DNA of 64,000 bases from an uncultured Bacillota bacterium (GCA_963823655.1 CAWGMK010000010.1:320001-384000); one strand, 5' to 3'. Counted from the first letter of the stretch, positions 47,028 to 57,612 are shown. Notes: generated from the sequence alone by a model not told the origin. A program made the numbers and translations.

Positions 47028-48701
47028 ATGAAAAAGGCATCTGTATTGTTCCTGATAGCAGCATTGCTTCTTGTCATCGCATCGGTATCCATGGCCGAGG
47101 CCGCATCCGGCTTCAAATTCGAGGTCAAGGTACCGGCTAGCTTCGTAGGGGAGCTTAACGGCAGGTGCCTTGTTATACTCACCAAGGACGCCAGTACACG
47201 CGAACCTAAGAATCAGGTCAGCCCGACGGGAGTGCCCGTATTCGGAAAGACCGTATTCGGACTTAAAGCAGGCGACGTGATTACGTTCACGGCAGAAGAC
47301 GCCGAAGTCTACGGCTTCCCGTTCCAGATGGGCGACATCCCTCAGATGGAGCTCTATGTGCAGGCATTCTTCGTGAAATATACGAAGTTCACCCGCTCGA
47401 ACGGCAGCACCATCTGGGCGATGGCCGACCACGGAGGCGGAGGCAAGATGTTCTCCAACCCTTACAACCTTTACAGCAAGGTCGTAAAGGCGCTCGTCGA
47501 TGTTAAGTCGGCATCGTCTGTGCAGCTAGAGCTCACCGAGGAGATACAGCTTGCGGCACCTCTCAAGGCTGGCGAAGTCACCCAGCAGGGCAACTATGAG
47601 GACAAGCCCTATTTGAAGTACGTCAAGATCCAGAGCAAGCTCTTGACCGAGTTCTGGGGCACACCGATGTACATCGGCGCTAACATACTTCTTCCCAACA
47701 CCTACGGCAAGATAGCGGGCAAGAAGTACCCCGTGCTCTACTACCAGGGCCACTGGCCGGCGGGCGGCGCACCCCTAAGCTATGAGAGCACAGCTGCTAC
47801 CGGAAAAGCCCTCAAGGCATACTGGGACAGCGAAGAGGCCCCTCAGATGCTCGCAGTAACCATTCGCGACGCCAACCCATTCTATGACACTGCGTATTCG
47901 GTGAACACCGCAAACCTCGGCCCCTGGGGCGATGCCATAACGCAGGAGCTCATACCCTACATCGAGAAGAACTTCAGCGTCGTCGCCGAACCTTGGGCAA
48001 GGATACTCGCCGGCGGATCCACCGGCGGCTGGGAATCGATGGCGATGCAGGTATTCTACCCGGATTACTTCGGCGGAACATGGCCGATGTGCCCGGACCC
48101 GCTCGACTTCAATTACTATCAGATAGTCAACGTATACAAGGACGACAACGCCTACTTCATCGACAAGGGCTGGTACAAGGTCGAAAGGCCCGGATCAAGG
48201 TCCGTGGACGGCAACATCAGCTACATGATGAAGGACGAGAACCTCTGGGAAATCGCAGTCGGCGGCCTTGAAGCGCTCAGCCTCGGGCAGTGGGCGATCT
48301 GGGAGGCTGTATACGGGCCGATGGACAAGGACGGCTATCCCGCAAGGATATGGGACCCGCTGACCGGCAAGATCGACAAGACCGTGGCAGAGTACTGGAA
48401 GCAGAACTTTGATATCAACTTCAAACTGCAGAAGGAATGGCCGACGCTAGGTCCCAAGCTTGTCGGAAAGATACATCTCAGAGGCGGAGACATGGATGCC
48501 TACTACCTCAACAACGCGCAGTATCTCGTAGGCGACTGGCTCGAGACCACTAAGGATCCATACTATGCGGGATATTCAGTAACGTTCGCCAGGAAGGGCC
48601 ATACCGGCAACATCACGAACGTGGATCTTCTCAAGGAGATCGCGGCGCACATGATAAAGTACGGGCCGGCTAACGCCGCATCCATACTGGCAGCCAAGTA
48701 A
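47028..48701 (+). CDS. Exported alpha/beta-hydrolase (putative esterase)
   Basis: Signal peptide; YPVLY, ELIPYIE and GGSTGGW nucleophile elbow. Confidence 0.8.
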   Translation: MKKASVLFLIAALLLVIASVSMAEAASGFKFEVKVPASFVGELNGRCLVILTKDASTREPKNQVSPTGVPVFGKTVFGLKAGDVITFTAEDAEVYGFPFQMGDIPQMELYVQAFFVKYTKFTRSNGSTIWAMADHGGGGKMFSNPYNLYSKVVKALVDVKSASSVQLELTEEIQLAAPLKAGEVTQQGNYEDKPYLKYVKIQSKLLTEFWGTPMYIGANILLPNTYGKIAGKKYPVLYYQGHWPAGGAPLSYESTAATGKALKAYWDSEEAPQMLAVTIRDANPFYDTAYSVNTANLGPWGDAITQELIPYIEKNFSVVAEPWARILAGGSTGGWESMAMQVFYPDYFGGTWPMCPDPLDFNYYQIVNVYKDDNAYFIDKGWYKVERPGSRSVDGNISYMMKDENLWEIAVGGLEALSLGQWAIWEAVYGPMDKDGYPARIWDPLTGKIDKTVAEYWKQNFDINFKLQKEWPTLGPKLVGKIHLRGGDMDAYYLNNAQYLVGDWLETTKDPYYAGYSVTFARKGHTGNITNVDLLKEIAAHMIKYGPANAASILAAK

Positions 48702-48721
48702 AACAGCATATAATCCCTGAT

Positions 48722-48765
48722 ATTTGCCGCGGGATGCTTATGGCTCTCCGCGGCAAATCGCTTTT
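48722..48765 (+). terminator. Intrinsic terminator
   Basis: atttgccgcgg...ccgcggcaaat followed by cgctttt. Confidence 0.7.
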
Positions 48766-48842
48766 ATGGACGATAATTCGAACAGGTGGATAATGGGCGA
48801 TAATGGTAATATAGTTAAAGAATTATTACGGAGGTGCAATCA

Positions 48843-49742
48843 ATGTCTTTATTCGATATCTCCAAGATCAAAGGGGTTTTCGCCCCTATAGCGACTTCCT
48901 TTGACGCAGCAGGCGAGCTGGACTTCAAATCGCTTGCGGCTAACATGGCCAAATGGGGTAAGACCAGGATGCAGGGTTACGTCGTCCTCGGGTCGAACGG
49001 GGAGGCCAACTTCCTGACTTTCGACGAGAAAATTGAGCTGGTCGCAGAAGTCGTCAAGCTCAACCGCGGATCCAAGGTGATCATCGCGGGCACCGGAGTT
49101 GAGACTACAAAGGAGACCATAGCCCTCACAAAGAAGGTAGCCGAAGTCGGAGCCCAGGTGGCGCTCGTGCTGCCCCCATTCTACTTCAAGGCCGCCATGG
49201 GCAATGCCGCGCTCGCAGCCCATTTCAAAGCCGTTGCCGACGCATCTCCCATACCCGTAATGCTTTACAACATGCCCGGCAATACCGGCTTGAACCTGTC
49301 TTCGGGACTTGTAGCCGAACTTTCCTATTACCCGAACATCGTAGGCATCAAGGACAGCGGCGGAAACATCGTCCAGATAGCCGAGATAATCGCCAAGTCC
49401 AAGCCAGGCTTCATCGTATTTGCAGGTTCAGGCAGCTACCTGCTTCCCACGCTTGCAGTTGGCGGGCATGGCACGACAGCGGCGCTTGCCAATATAGCGG
49501 CAGATGAACTTGCCGACGTTTACGAGGCATTCATGGCGGGCGACTACGAGAGGGCGAAAGAGGCCCAGAAGAAAGTGCTCGACATAAACGCCGCCGTTAC
49601 TAGCAGGTGGGCCGTTCCCGGACTGAAGGCTGCAATGGATATGATGGGCTACGTCGGCGGAAGGCCGAGGCTTCCCATGCTGCCCCTTCCCGAAAAGGAC
49701 AGAGTCGAGCTTGCCAAAGTAATAGAGGACTTCAGGAAGTAG
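48843..49742 (+). CDS. DapA/NAL family aldolase (4-hydroxy-2-oxoglutarate aldolase-like)
   Basis: GSNGE (HOGA-like rather than GTTGE), LYNMP and GIKDSGG. Confidence 0.85.
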   Translation: MSLFDISKIKGVFAPIATSFDAAGELDFKSLAANMAKWGKTRMQGYVVLGSNGEANFLTFDEKIELVAEVVKLNRGSKVIIAGTGVETTKETIALTKKVAEVGAQVALVLPPFYFKAAMGNAALAAHFKAVADASPIPVMLYNMPGNTGLNLSSGLVAELSYYPNIVGIKDSGGNIVQIAEIIAKSKPGFIVFAGSGSYLLPTLAVGGHGTTAALANIAADELADVYEAFMAGDYERAKEAQKKVLDINAAVTSRWAVPGLKAAMDMMGYVGGRPRLPMLPLPEKDRVELAKVIEDFRK

Positions 49743-49776
49743 AAGAGGCACCATAAGGAAATCGACTTAATAAATA

Positions 49777-49826
49777 AAGCTGCCGTACGGTTTGTGATTT
49801 GTTCACACCGTACGGCAGCTTATTTT
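49777..49826. terminator. Bidirectional terminator
   Basis: aagctgccgtacggt...accgtacggcagctt, 15-bp stem. Confidence 0.85.
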
Positions 49827-49837
49827 GTCTCAGCCCT

Positions 49838-51924
49838 TTAGAACAGGGACATGGTTAGGAACAATGTGGCCATAAGGGATGAGACCAGCGATACGACAGT
49901 TATCTGCGTGTTGATCGAAGGGCCTGCCGTGTCCTTGAAGGGATCTCCCACGGTGTCGCCGACCACTGCCGCCTTATGGGTGTCGGAGCCCTTGCCGCCG
50001 TTGTTGCCCGCCTCGACGAACTTCTTGGAGTTGTCCCACAGCCCGCCGGAGTTGGACATGAACAGGGCGAAGACGAGTCCGCTTACAATGTTGCCGGTAA
50101 GATAGCCGCCTATTGCCTGCACGCCGCCAACGAAGCCGACCACAAGGGTCAGGAGTATCGCTGCAAGGCCTGCGGGTATAAGCTCCTTGATCGCCCCGTC
50201 AGTGGCGATCTCAATGCACTTGTCATATTCCGGCGTCACTCCGGGTTTGCCCTCCTTGAGGCCGATTATCTCCTTGAACTGGCGGTGTATCTCAGCTACC
50301 ATGCGCTGCGCATTTCGGTTGACTCCGAGCATGAGCATCGCCGAGAACACAGGAGGCACCGCGGCTCCGACCAGGATGCCGAAGAATACCAGAGGGTTCA
50401 TAATGTCGAAGCCCTGTATGCCGGCAATCCCGAGCTCCGCCGCTGCGGTGTTGACCTCGCTGATGAACGCCCCAGCAGAGCGATGACGGTAAGGCCTGCG
50501 GCGCCGATTGCGAACCCCTTGGTTACCGCCTTGACGGTATTGCCCGCGCTGTCGAGGACGTCAGTTGTCTCGATTACTTTTTTGCCGAGGTTGCCCATCT
50601 CGGCAAGGCCGCGGGCATTGTCCACGATCGGGCCGTAAGCGTCGTTCGAGATTATCATTCCTACGATTGAGAGCATGCCGACTGCCGCCATGGAAATGCC
50701 GAACATGGCGTAACCGGGGCCCAGAGGCTCGCAGATCTTGTAGGCTGCAAGCGCGGAGATGCCGATTCCTATCATCGCGGGAAGTACGCTTATCAGCCCG
50801 TAGGAGACACCGGAAAGGATGGTGAAGGCGGGTCCCGACTCGGAGGCCTTAGCGACCATGTGAACGGGCGGCTTGGAGTCGTCAGTGAAGTAGTCGCTCG
50901 TGATGCCGATTACTACGCCGACTACAAGGCCCACTGCGCTTGCGCCCCAGATGCGCCACTCGAAGCCGAAGGCCCATGTGGCAAGCGCTGTGAGCAAGGC
51001 GAATACGAAGGTAGTGACATATGTGCTTGTATTGAGCGCCTTCGTGGGGTCGCCGCCGCGGCCGATCCTTGCGGTTGCGACGCCGATGATGGACGACAGG
51101 AGGCCAATTGCTGCATACGCGAACACCATGGTGGTATTCATCATGCCGCCTACCAGCTTGTCAAGGCTGCCGGCCATGACAAGTGCCGCGGCCATGGAAG
51201 CGACGTTCGAATCGAACAGGTCGGCGCCCATGCCGGCTACGTCGCCCACGTTGTCGCCAACATTGTCTGCGATGACTGCAGGGTTGCGCGGGTCGTCTTC
51301 AGGGATGCCAAGCTCCACTTTGCCTACCAGGTCAGCGCTTATGTCAGCGGTCTTCGTAAAGATGCCGCCGCCCGCTTTGGCGAACAACGCAAGAGAGCTT
51401 GCCCCGAAGCTGAAGCCCAGAAGCGCCGAGGTGCTGCCCGTTATCACGTATACTAGCGTAACGCCAAGAAGGCTGCTGCCAACGACTGCCATGCCCATCA
51501 CGGCGCCGCCTCTGAAGCCCGCCATGAATGAGGGCTGTATCCCGTCCTTGGCGGCCTCTGCGGTCTTCATATTGGCTATCGTGGAGACTTGTATGCCGAC
51601 TTTGCCGGCGGCTGCCGAGAACGCCGCGCCCGCGATGTAGGCAAGCGCCATCATGATGTTGTTGAGCGGCGAGCCGTGCCAGATCGGCTTGGGCAGGAAG
51701 ACCAGTATCAGCAGGGATGCGACGCCTGCGAACTTTGACAGCATCACGTATTCCTTCTTCAGGAAGGTGTTAGCACCCGAGGTGATGAGCTTGCCCACTT
51801 CCGCTATCCTCTTATTGGAGGAGGGGCGCGCTTTTACCCAGGAATAAAGCCAGGCTGCGAAGGCGAAGGCGATTAGGGCGACTACTGAAGATGCAATTAA
51901 AAACTGCGTAAGAAGCGAGCCCAT
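49838..51924 (-). CDS. hppA: Membrane ion-translocating pyrophosphatase; frameshift near 50472
   Basis: GGGIFTKTAD, IPEDDPRNPAVIADNVGDNVGD, DAYGPIVDNA, GNTVKA and GDTVGDPFKDT. Confidence 0.95.
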
Positions 51925-52028
51925 GGATGTAGACCTCCACTAATTGAATTTGTCGTAGCGGGGTATCTGATGCATGCGAAATCCAATGGATATCGTAATG
52001 TATGCGGCGGATATTTTTGAGAAACTTC

Positions 52029-52556
52029 CTACCTGTCGAAGAAGGGGCTCTTCCCGGTTGCGGTCAGAGGCACTCCAATTACGGTGTCGGCCTTTATCAG
52101 CCCGAGCTTCCTTGCCACAACGCCTATCCTGTACATGATCCTGTTGTCGACATTGTGAATGGACGCAGTCTTTACAGCTGAGCCCAGCGCTATTCCCAGA
52201 TCCTGCATCTTCCAGGCGCAGTTGGGCCCGGCGAACTCGGAGAACTCCGTATGGGCTTTGGCCAGCTCGGCGCAGGTGGCAAAGCCGCACGCGCCGCAGT
52301 TGAGCCCGATACCGGCGCACTGCCTGAGGCCAAGGAGCAGCACAGCCGATGAAGCATCCACTCCTTTAGCGTCCCTGTCGAAATTCTTCTTGCCGGAGGC
52401 GATTCCGTACTCCCGCATCCCGTCCGCCAATTTCCTAAGCTCGGAGCCCTTGAGAAGCTCGATTTCTATGAAGTCAGAGCCGGTCGCCTTAGGGGCGGTC
52501 CTCGCTGAAACCGCCATGAGCTCGCCTACGAGGATTACTGCCTTCTCCATATCCAT
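52029..52556 (-). CDS. DUF2148 ferredoxin-domain protein
   Basis: ARTAPK, CGACGFATC, GPNC, DLGIALGSA and DNRIMY. Confidence 0.85.
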   Translation of the reverse strand: MDMEKAVILVGELMAVSARTAPKATGSDFIEIELLKGSELRKLADGMREYGIASGKKNFDRDAKGVDASSAVLLLGLRQCAGIGLNCGACGFATCAELAKAHTEFSEFAGPNCAWKMQDLGIALGSAVKTASIHNVDNRIMYRIGVVARKLGLIKADTVIGVPLTATGKSPFFDR

Positions 52557-52650
52557 AGTAAAACCTCCACTATATGCCCTAAATAGGGGCAGTTTGCTTA
52601 GTAAGACATTCACAAATAGAATATACTTATTCTAACAGGAGGTAGCATGC

Positions 52651-53520
52651 ATGCAAACGGAATTAAAACTATCCTCATGGAATATAAACGGCATAAGGGC
52701 TTCTGTGAAAAAGGAGCAGGGCATACTCTCATATCTTAAGGACTTCTCCCCCGATGTGGTAGGCGTGCAGGAAGTGAAGGCAGACATGTCGCAAATACCG
52801 ACTATGCTGCTGGAATTGCCCGGCTACAAGACTTATTTCAACACCGGCGAGGTAAAGGGCTATTCAGGGGTGGGCCTTATCACGAAGAGGGAGCCGCTTA
52901 GCATACAAACTAGCATCGGCGTGCCCGAGTTCGACCGCGAGGGCAGGTTCATCGCAGCCGACTTCGGCGACTTTGTGCTCGCCAATGCATATTTCCCCAA
53001 TGGAGGGCAGTGGCCGCAACAGTGGCCCTTGGACCTCAAATGGCCGCAGTACTCGGACTGGAGGGACTGGCTGAACCATCCGGAGTGGCCCGATTGGCTC
53101 GGCAGGCTGAAGTTCAAGATGGCATTCTATGAGTGCTTCAGGCAATGGGCTAAAGGGGTTATAGGCGGGGGAAAGCATCTTGTGGTGTGCGGGGACGTCA
53201 ATACCGCACACAAGGAGATTGACCTGGCAAGGCCCAAGAACAATGAGCGCACCACGGGCTTTCTTCCCGGGGAGCGCGAATGGATATCCAAATTCCTTGA
53301 CGACGGCTTCGTGGATTCATTCAGGGCTTTCAACGAGGAGGGGGACAATTACTCCTGGTGGGACATGAAGACCAGGGCCCGCGACAGGAATGTGGGCTGG
53401 CGGCTGGATTATTTCTTCGTAGATAAGGCTTTTCTTGGCAAAGTGAAGGGCGCATCCATAGAGAAGGATGTCTTAGGTTCGGACCACTGCCCGGTGAGCA
53501 TAACGGTCAGCAGCTCATAG
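52651..53520 (+). CDS. xth: Exodeoxyribonuclease III (AP endonuclease) with Trp/Pro-rich insertion
   Basis: SWNING, QEVK, YSGV, GDVNTAH, YSWW, GWRLDY and SDHCP. Confidence 0.95.
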   Translation: MQTELKLSSWNINGIRASVKKEQGILSYLKDFSPDVVGVQEVKADMSQIPTMLLELPGYKTYFNTGEVKGYSGVGLITKREPLSIQTSIGVPEFDREGRFIAADFGDFVLANAYFPNGGQWPQQWPLDLKWPQYSDWRDWLNHPEWPDWLGRLKFKMAFYECFRQWAKGVIGGGKHLVVCGDVNTAHKEIDLARPKNNERTTGFLPGEREWISKFLDDGFVDSFRAFNEEGDNYSWWDMKTRARDRNVGWRLDYFFVDKAFLGKVKGASIEKDVLGSDHCPVSITVSSS

Positions 53521-53550
53521 CGGCATAAACAGATATTGCAGGCTGAGAAT

Positions 53551-54318
53551 CTAGATGAAGTAGATGAGCATGAGGCCCAGGATCGCGCCTATAACGGTGC
53601 CGTAGGTGCCGGAGTGGCCGATTGCAGAACTTTGCGATTCGGGGATGAGCTCGTCCGCCACGATATAGAGCATGGCACCTGCGGCAATCCCCAGAGATGC
53701 TGATACCATCGCCGGGGATATCGAGCCGAAGACCGCCCCCAGGAATGCTCCTATCGCCATGGGAAGGCCGGCGAGGGCACCAATCGAAAGCACTTTCCAG
53801 CGGCGTATCCCACAACCGGCAAGAGGCGCCCCGAGGGCTAAGCCTTCTGGCAGGTTATGAAGGGCGATGGCGATGAACAGCGTAAGGCCGAGCTGTTCGC
53901 TGTGTGCATACCCAGCTCCTATAGCCAGTCCTTCGGGCAGGTTATGGAGCGCAATGCCAAGGGCCGTTAGCACGCCGGTCTTGTACATCTTGGGATTGAC
54001 GTTGGGCTCAAGCGTTGTGAAGTGGCGGTGCGGCAGGAGCTTGTCCATAAGTGTCATGCTAAGAGCGCCTGCGAGGAACGAAATGTAGGCGAGGACCATT
54101 CCTCCCCTGCTGTCGGGGAAGGCCATGCTGCCTGCATGTACGGCTTCGGGCATAAGGTCCGCGAAGACCAGGGCTACCATGACGCCGGCTGCTATGCCGA
54201 GCATGATGCTTATGTACTTCTCGGCGCGCCTTCCTAGAAGCGTGGGCAGGAAGCTGCCGATGGCCGTGCTGACAAGCCCTGCGAAAAGGCCGATTAGAGT
54301 GACTTTAAGGATTTGCAT
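53551..54318 (-). CDS. zupT: ZIP-family metal transporter (ZupT/GufA)
   Basis: Duplicated IALHNLPEG; AAGAMLYIVADELIPE. Confidence 0.9.
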   Translation of the reverse strand: MQILKVTLIGLFAGLVSTAIGSFLPTLLGRRAEKYISIMLGIAAGVMVALVFADLMPEAVHAGSMAFPDSRGGMVLAYISFLAGALSMTLMDKLLPHRHFTTLEPNVNPKMYKTGVLTALGIALHNLPEGLAIGAGYAHSEQLGLTLFIAIALHNLPEGLALGAPLAGCGIRRWKVLSIGALAGLPMAIGAFLGAVFGSISPAMVSASLGIAAGAMLYIVADELIPESQSSAIGHSGTYGTVIGAILGLMLIYFI

Positions 54319-54430
54319 CGCCAAGTGCCCCTCGCTTCATTAATCGGCGCGGTATCGTGCCCTAATTAGATTATGATACATTCATAGTGGTTTCGCGGGC
54401 AATTTTGTAAAAACCTTGCGGAGGTGCGCC

Positions 54431-55207
54431 ATGTTCCTTGCAGTGGATATTGGAAACACCAATATTGTAGTGGGGCTGTTCGACGGCAGCAGGCTGGTCT
54501 CATCGTTCAGGATGGCATCCGAGAGGAACAGGACTGCGGATGAGTACGGCATACTGATGGACCAGTTCCTAAATCACAGAGGGATATTGAAAGGGCAGAT
54601 AGCCGGCGCGATAATCTCCTCGGTTGTGCCGCCTCTAAACGATGCGGTGGAGAAGGCGGTATCGCTCTATTGCGGCATAGAGGCGCCGTTGCAGCTGGGG
54701 CCTGGGGTTAAGACCGGGCTTGCCATAAAGATCGAAAACCCAAAGGAAGTCGGCGCGGACAGAGTATGCGACGCGGTGGCGGTAACCAGCCTGTACGGGG
54801 CCCCTGCCATAGTCGTGGATTTCGGGACCGCCACCACTTTCAGCGCCGTGGACTGCGACGGGGCGTTCATAGGAGGGGCGATCGCGCCGGGCGTGATGAC
54901 TGCAAGCGACGCGCTTTTCTCGAAGGCTTCAAAGCTTCCCAAGGTGGATATCTCAAGGCCTAAAAGCGTCATAGGCAAGAACACCGTAGCTGCGATGCAA
55001 TCGGGCATATTCTTCGGCACGATCGGCATGGTCGAAGAGATTGTCGGGCGGATGAAAGCAGAGATGGGCTTCGAAGGAATTAAAGTAGTCGCGACAGGGG
55101 GCCTTGCGGGGCTGGTTGCCAAGGAGACATCGGCAATAGACCTGGTGGATCCCGACATAACGCTCCAGGGGCTTAGGATAATATACGAAAGGAACGTGAG
55201 CTCGTAA
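54431..55207 (+). CDS. coaX: Type III pantothenate kinase
   Basis: DIGNTN, VGADR, DFGTATT and ATGG. Confidence 0.96.
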   Translation: MFLAVDIGNTNIVVGLFDGSRLVSSFRMASERNRTADEYGILMDQFLNHRGILKGQIAGAIISSVVPPLNDAVEKAVSLYCGIEAPLQLGPGVKTGLAIKIENPKEVGADRVCDAVAVTSLYGAPAIVVDFGTATTFSAVDCDGAFIGGAIAPGVMTASDALFSKASKLPKVDISRPKSVIGKNTVAAMQSGIFFGTIGMVEEIVGRMKAEMGFEGIKVVATGGLAGLVAKETSAIDLVDPDITLQGLRIIYERNVSS

Positions 55208-55208
55208 A

Positions 55209-56540
55209 GTGTCAGAGAAGGAGCTTTTCGGCGCATCAAAGACAATAGAGGTTGGCGACCTTCAGGAGAGGGTTATCATAGTCGCTGTGGATTCGTCCAC
55301 CAAGCAGGATCCGGGCAAACCCGCCGCCTTCGACGAGGACGAATCGCTGGTGGAACTCACCGAGCTAATCAAGTCGGTCGACGGCACGGTAGTCGGTCAG
55401 ATGGTGCAGAAGAGGATGAGGCCCGACCCGGCATACTATATAGGAAGCGGCAAGGCGGAAGAGCTGGCGCTAATGTGCGAGGCGCTCGATGCCGACACTG
55501 TGGTGTTCGACGACGAGCTGTCGCCCGGCCAGCATGCCAAGCTTGAAGAGATCATCAAGAGAAAGATCATAGACCGCACGCAGGTGATCTTGGACATCTT
55601 CGCAAGGCGGGCGTCTACTGCAGAAGGGCAGCTTCAAGTCGAGCTCGCCCAGCTGGAGTACCTGCTTCCCAGGCTGATAGGAAGCCGCCAGGCTCTATCA
55701 AGGCTAGGAGGAGGCATCGGTACAAGGGGCCCCGGCGAGACCAAGCTCGAGACCGACAGGCGCGTCATAAGAAGAAGGATATCCGACATAAAGACCAAGA
55801 TAGAGGATGTTAAATCCAGGCGGCAGATCCAAAGGGGGAAGAGAAGGTCCAACGAGCTTCCCGTGGCATCTCTGGTAGGCTATACGAACGCCGGCAAATC
55901 GAGCATGCTGAACCTGCTTACGGGAGCCTCCGTGCTAGTTGAGGACAAGCTCTTCGCTACATTGGATCCTACCACCAGGAAGTTGATCCTGCCCAATAAA
56001 CAGGAGCTTCTGGTCACTGATACGGTCGGCTTCATAAGAAAGATCCCCCATCATCTGGTTGTCGCATTCAGGGCGACGCTGGAGGAGACGCTTGAGGCCG
56101 ATATGCTAATCCATGTGGTCGACGCCTCGAGCAGCTATGCCCAGGAGCAGTATGATGCCGTCATATCTGTGCTTACCGAGCTGAAGGCGAACGACAAGCC
56201 AATGATCACTGTGCTCAATAAGAATGACAGGCCGGAGGCCGCCGAGGGGACGAAGAAGCTAACAGGCAAAGTGCCAAACCCCGTGGCGATGTCGGCTATG
56301 ACGGGCGAGGGGCTGGAGGAGCTCCTTTCGGAAATAATGAAGGCGCTGTCATCGAGGCTTGTCAGGGTGGAAGCTTTCATGCCGTATGACGAACCTCTCC
56401 TCAGGGAAGTGGAAGCCCACGGCGAGATTATAACCAGGGACTATGTGGAAAATGGCGTTAAGCTGGTGGCAGAGGTGGAATCGATACTTGCTATGAAGAT
56501 TGCTGCCAAGTTTCCCAAAAGCAACGGGGGCAAGGCATGA
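55209..56540 (+). CDS. hflX: Ribosome-splitting GTPase HflX
   Basis: GPGETKLETDRR, GYTNAGKS, LFATLD, DTVGF and NKND. Confidence 0.96.
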   Translation: MSEKELFGASKTIEVGDLQERVIIVAVDSSTKQDPGKPAAFDEDESLVELTELIKSVDGTVVGQMVQKRMRPDPAYYIGSGKAEELALMCEALDADTVVFDDELSPGQHAKLEEIIKRKIIDRTQVILDIFARRASTAEGQLQVELAQLEYLLPRLIGSRQALSRLGGGIGTRGPGETKLETDRRVIRRRISDIKTKIEDVKSRRQIQRGKRRSNELPVASLVGYTNAGKSSMLNLLTGASVLVEDKLFATLDPTTRKLILPNKQELLVTDTVGFIRKIPHHLVVAFRATLEETLEADMLIHVVDASSSYAQEQYDAVISVLTELKANDKPMITVLNKNDRPEAAEGTKKLTGKVPNPVAMSAMTGEGLEELLSEIMKALSSRLVRVEAFMPYDEPLLREVEAHGEIITRDYVENGVKLVAEVESILAMKIAAKFPKSNGGKA

Positions 56541-57556
56541 GCTTCAGCATAGGCCCGATATTGATCCAGGGCGCCCCGGTAATCCTGGCGCCCATGGCAG
56601 GGGTAACTGACCTGCCGTTTCGCATAATCGCAAGGCGGATGGGCAGCGCCGTCTCCTATACCGAGATGCTCAGCGACATGGCTCTCACTTACGGCAGCAG
56701 GAAGACAAAATCCATGCTAAAGCTGGATCCGGGCGAGAAACCTGCTGTGGTTCAGCTTGCCGGCTCCAGGCCCGATGTTATGGCCAGGGCGGCCGTTATG
56801 GTGGAGGAGGCAGGGGCCTGTGCAGTCGATATAAACATGGGCTGCCCCATGCAGAAGATAACATCCAACGGAGAGGGAGCAGCGTTAATGAAGGACCCTT
56901 CCAAGGCGGAGGCGATAATCCGCTCCGTGAAGGCCGCAGTCGGGATTCCCGTCACGGTGAAGATAAGGAAGGGCTGGGACGAAGACACAGAAAACTACCT
57001 TGATTTCGCACTGATGTGCCAGGATGCCGGCGCGGACGCGCTTGCGATTCACGCAAGGACGAGGAAGCAGTTCTACTCGGGCTCGGCCGACTGGGAAGCT
57101 ATCGCCAAAGTAAAGAACAGGCTATCGATTACCGTCATCGGCAACGGGGACATCAGAGATGCCCGGGATGCGGTGCGGATGTTAAATGAGACGGGCTGCG
57201 ACGCGGTCATGATAGGTCAGGGGGCCCTGGGCAATCCCTGGATCTTCAGGGAGGCAAGGCATCTGATAGAAAGCGGAGAGCTTCTTTCACCCCCTGATAT
57301 CCAGGAGGTTTTCACGGTCGCCAGGGAACATATAGACGCGATGGTCGCCCTCTTCGGCGAAAGGTCGGCCTGCCTGAAGATGAGAAAACACCTTTCCTGG
57401 TATGTGAAGGGCATGCGTCAGGCCACGGATGCAAAAGACCGGATCAACACATGCGAGAGCCCCACTGAGATGCACGAATTTCTATCCGAGTACGAGGCAT
57501 TCCTGCTCCAGGACAGGAAACACCAGTCAGATACCCCTCACGAAAGGCTTGTTTAA
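56537..57556 (+). CDS. dusB: tRNA-dihydrouridine synthase B
   Basis: LAPMAG, DINMGCP, VTVKIR, HART and NGD. Confidence 0.95.
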   Translation: MSFSIGPILIQGAPVILAPMAGVTDLPFRIIARRMGSAVSYTEMLSDMALTYGSRKTKSMLKLDPGEKPAVVQLAGSRPDVMARAAVMVEEAGACAVDINMGCPMQKITSNGEGAALMKDPSKAEAIIRSVKAAVGIPVTVKIRKGWDEDTENYLDFALMCQDAGADALAIHARTRKQFYSGSADWEAIAKVKNRLSITVIGNGDIRDARDAVRMLNETGCDAVMIGQGALGNPWIFREARHLIESGELLSPPDIQEVFTVAREHIDAMVALFGERSACLKMRKHLSWYVKGMRQATDAKDRINTCESPTEMHEFLSEYEAFLLQDRKHQSDTPHERLV

Positions 57557-57612
57557 GCTCGCATGAGGGTATAGAATTTCTTTGTGCACAGTAATGTACA
57601 CAAGGAGGCGGC

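Noticed and set aside
49792-49808. Rex-like sequence TTGTGATTTGTTCACAC
   Set aside because: The spacing is one base short and it lies in the loop of a terminator between convergent genes.
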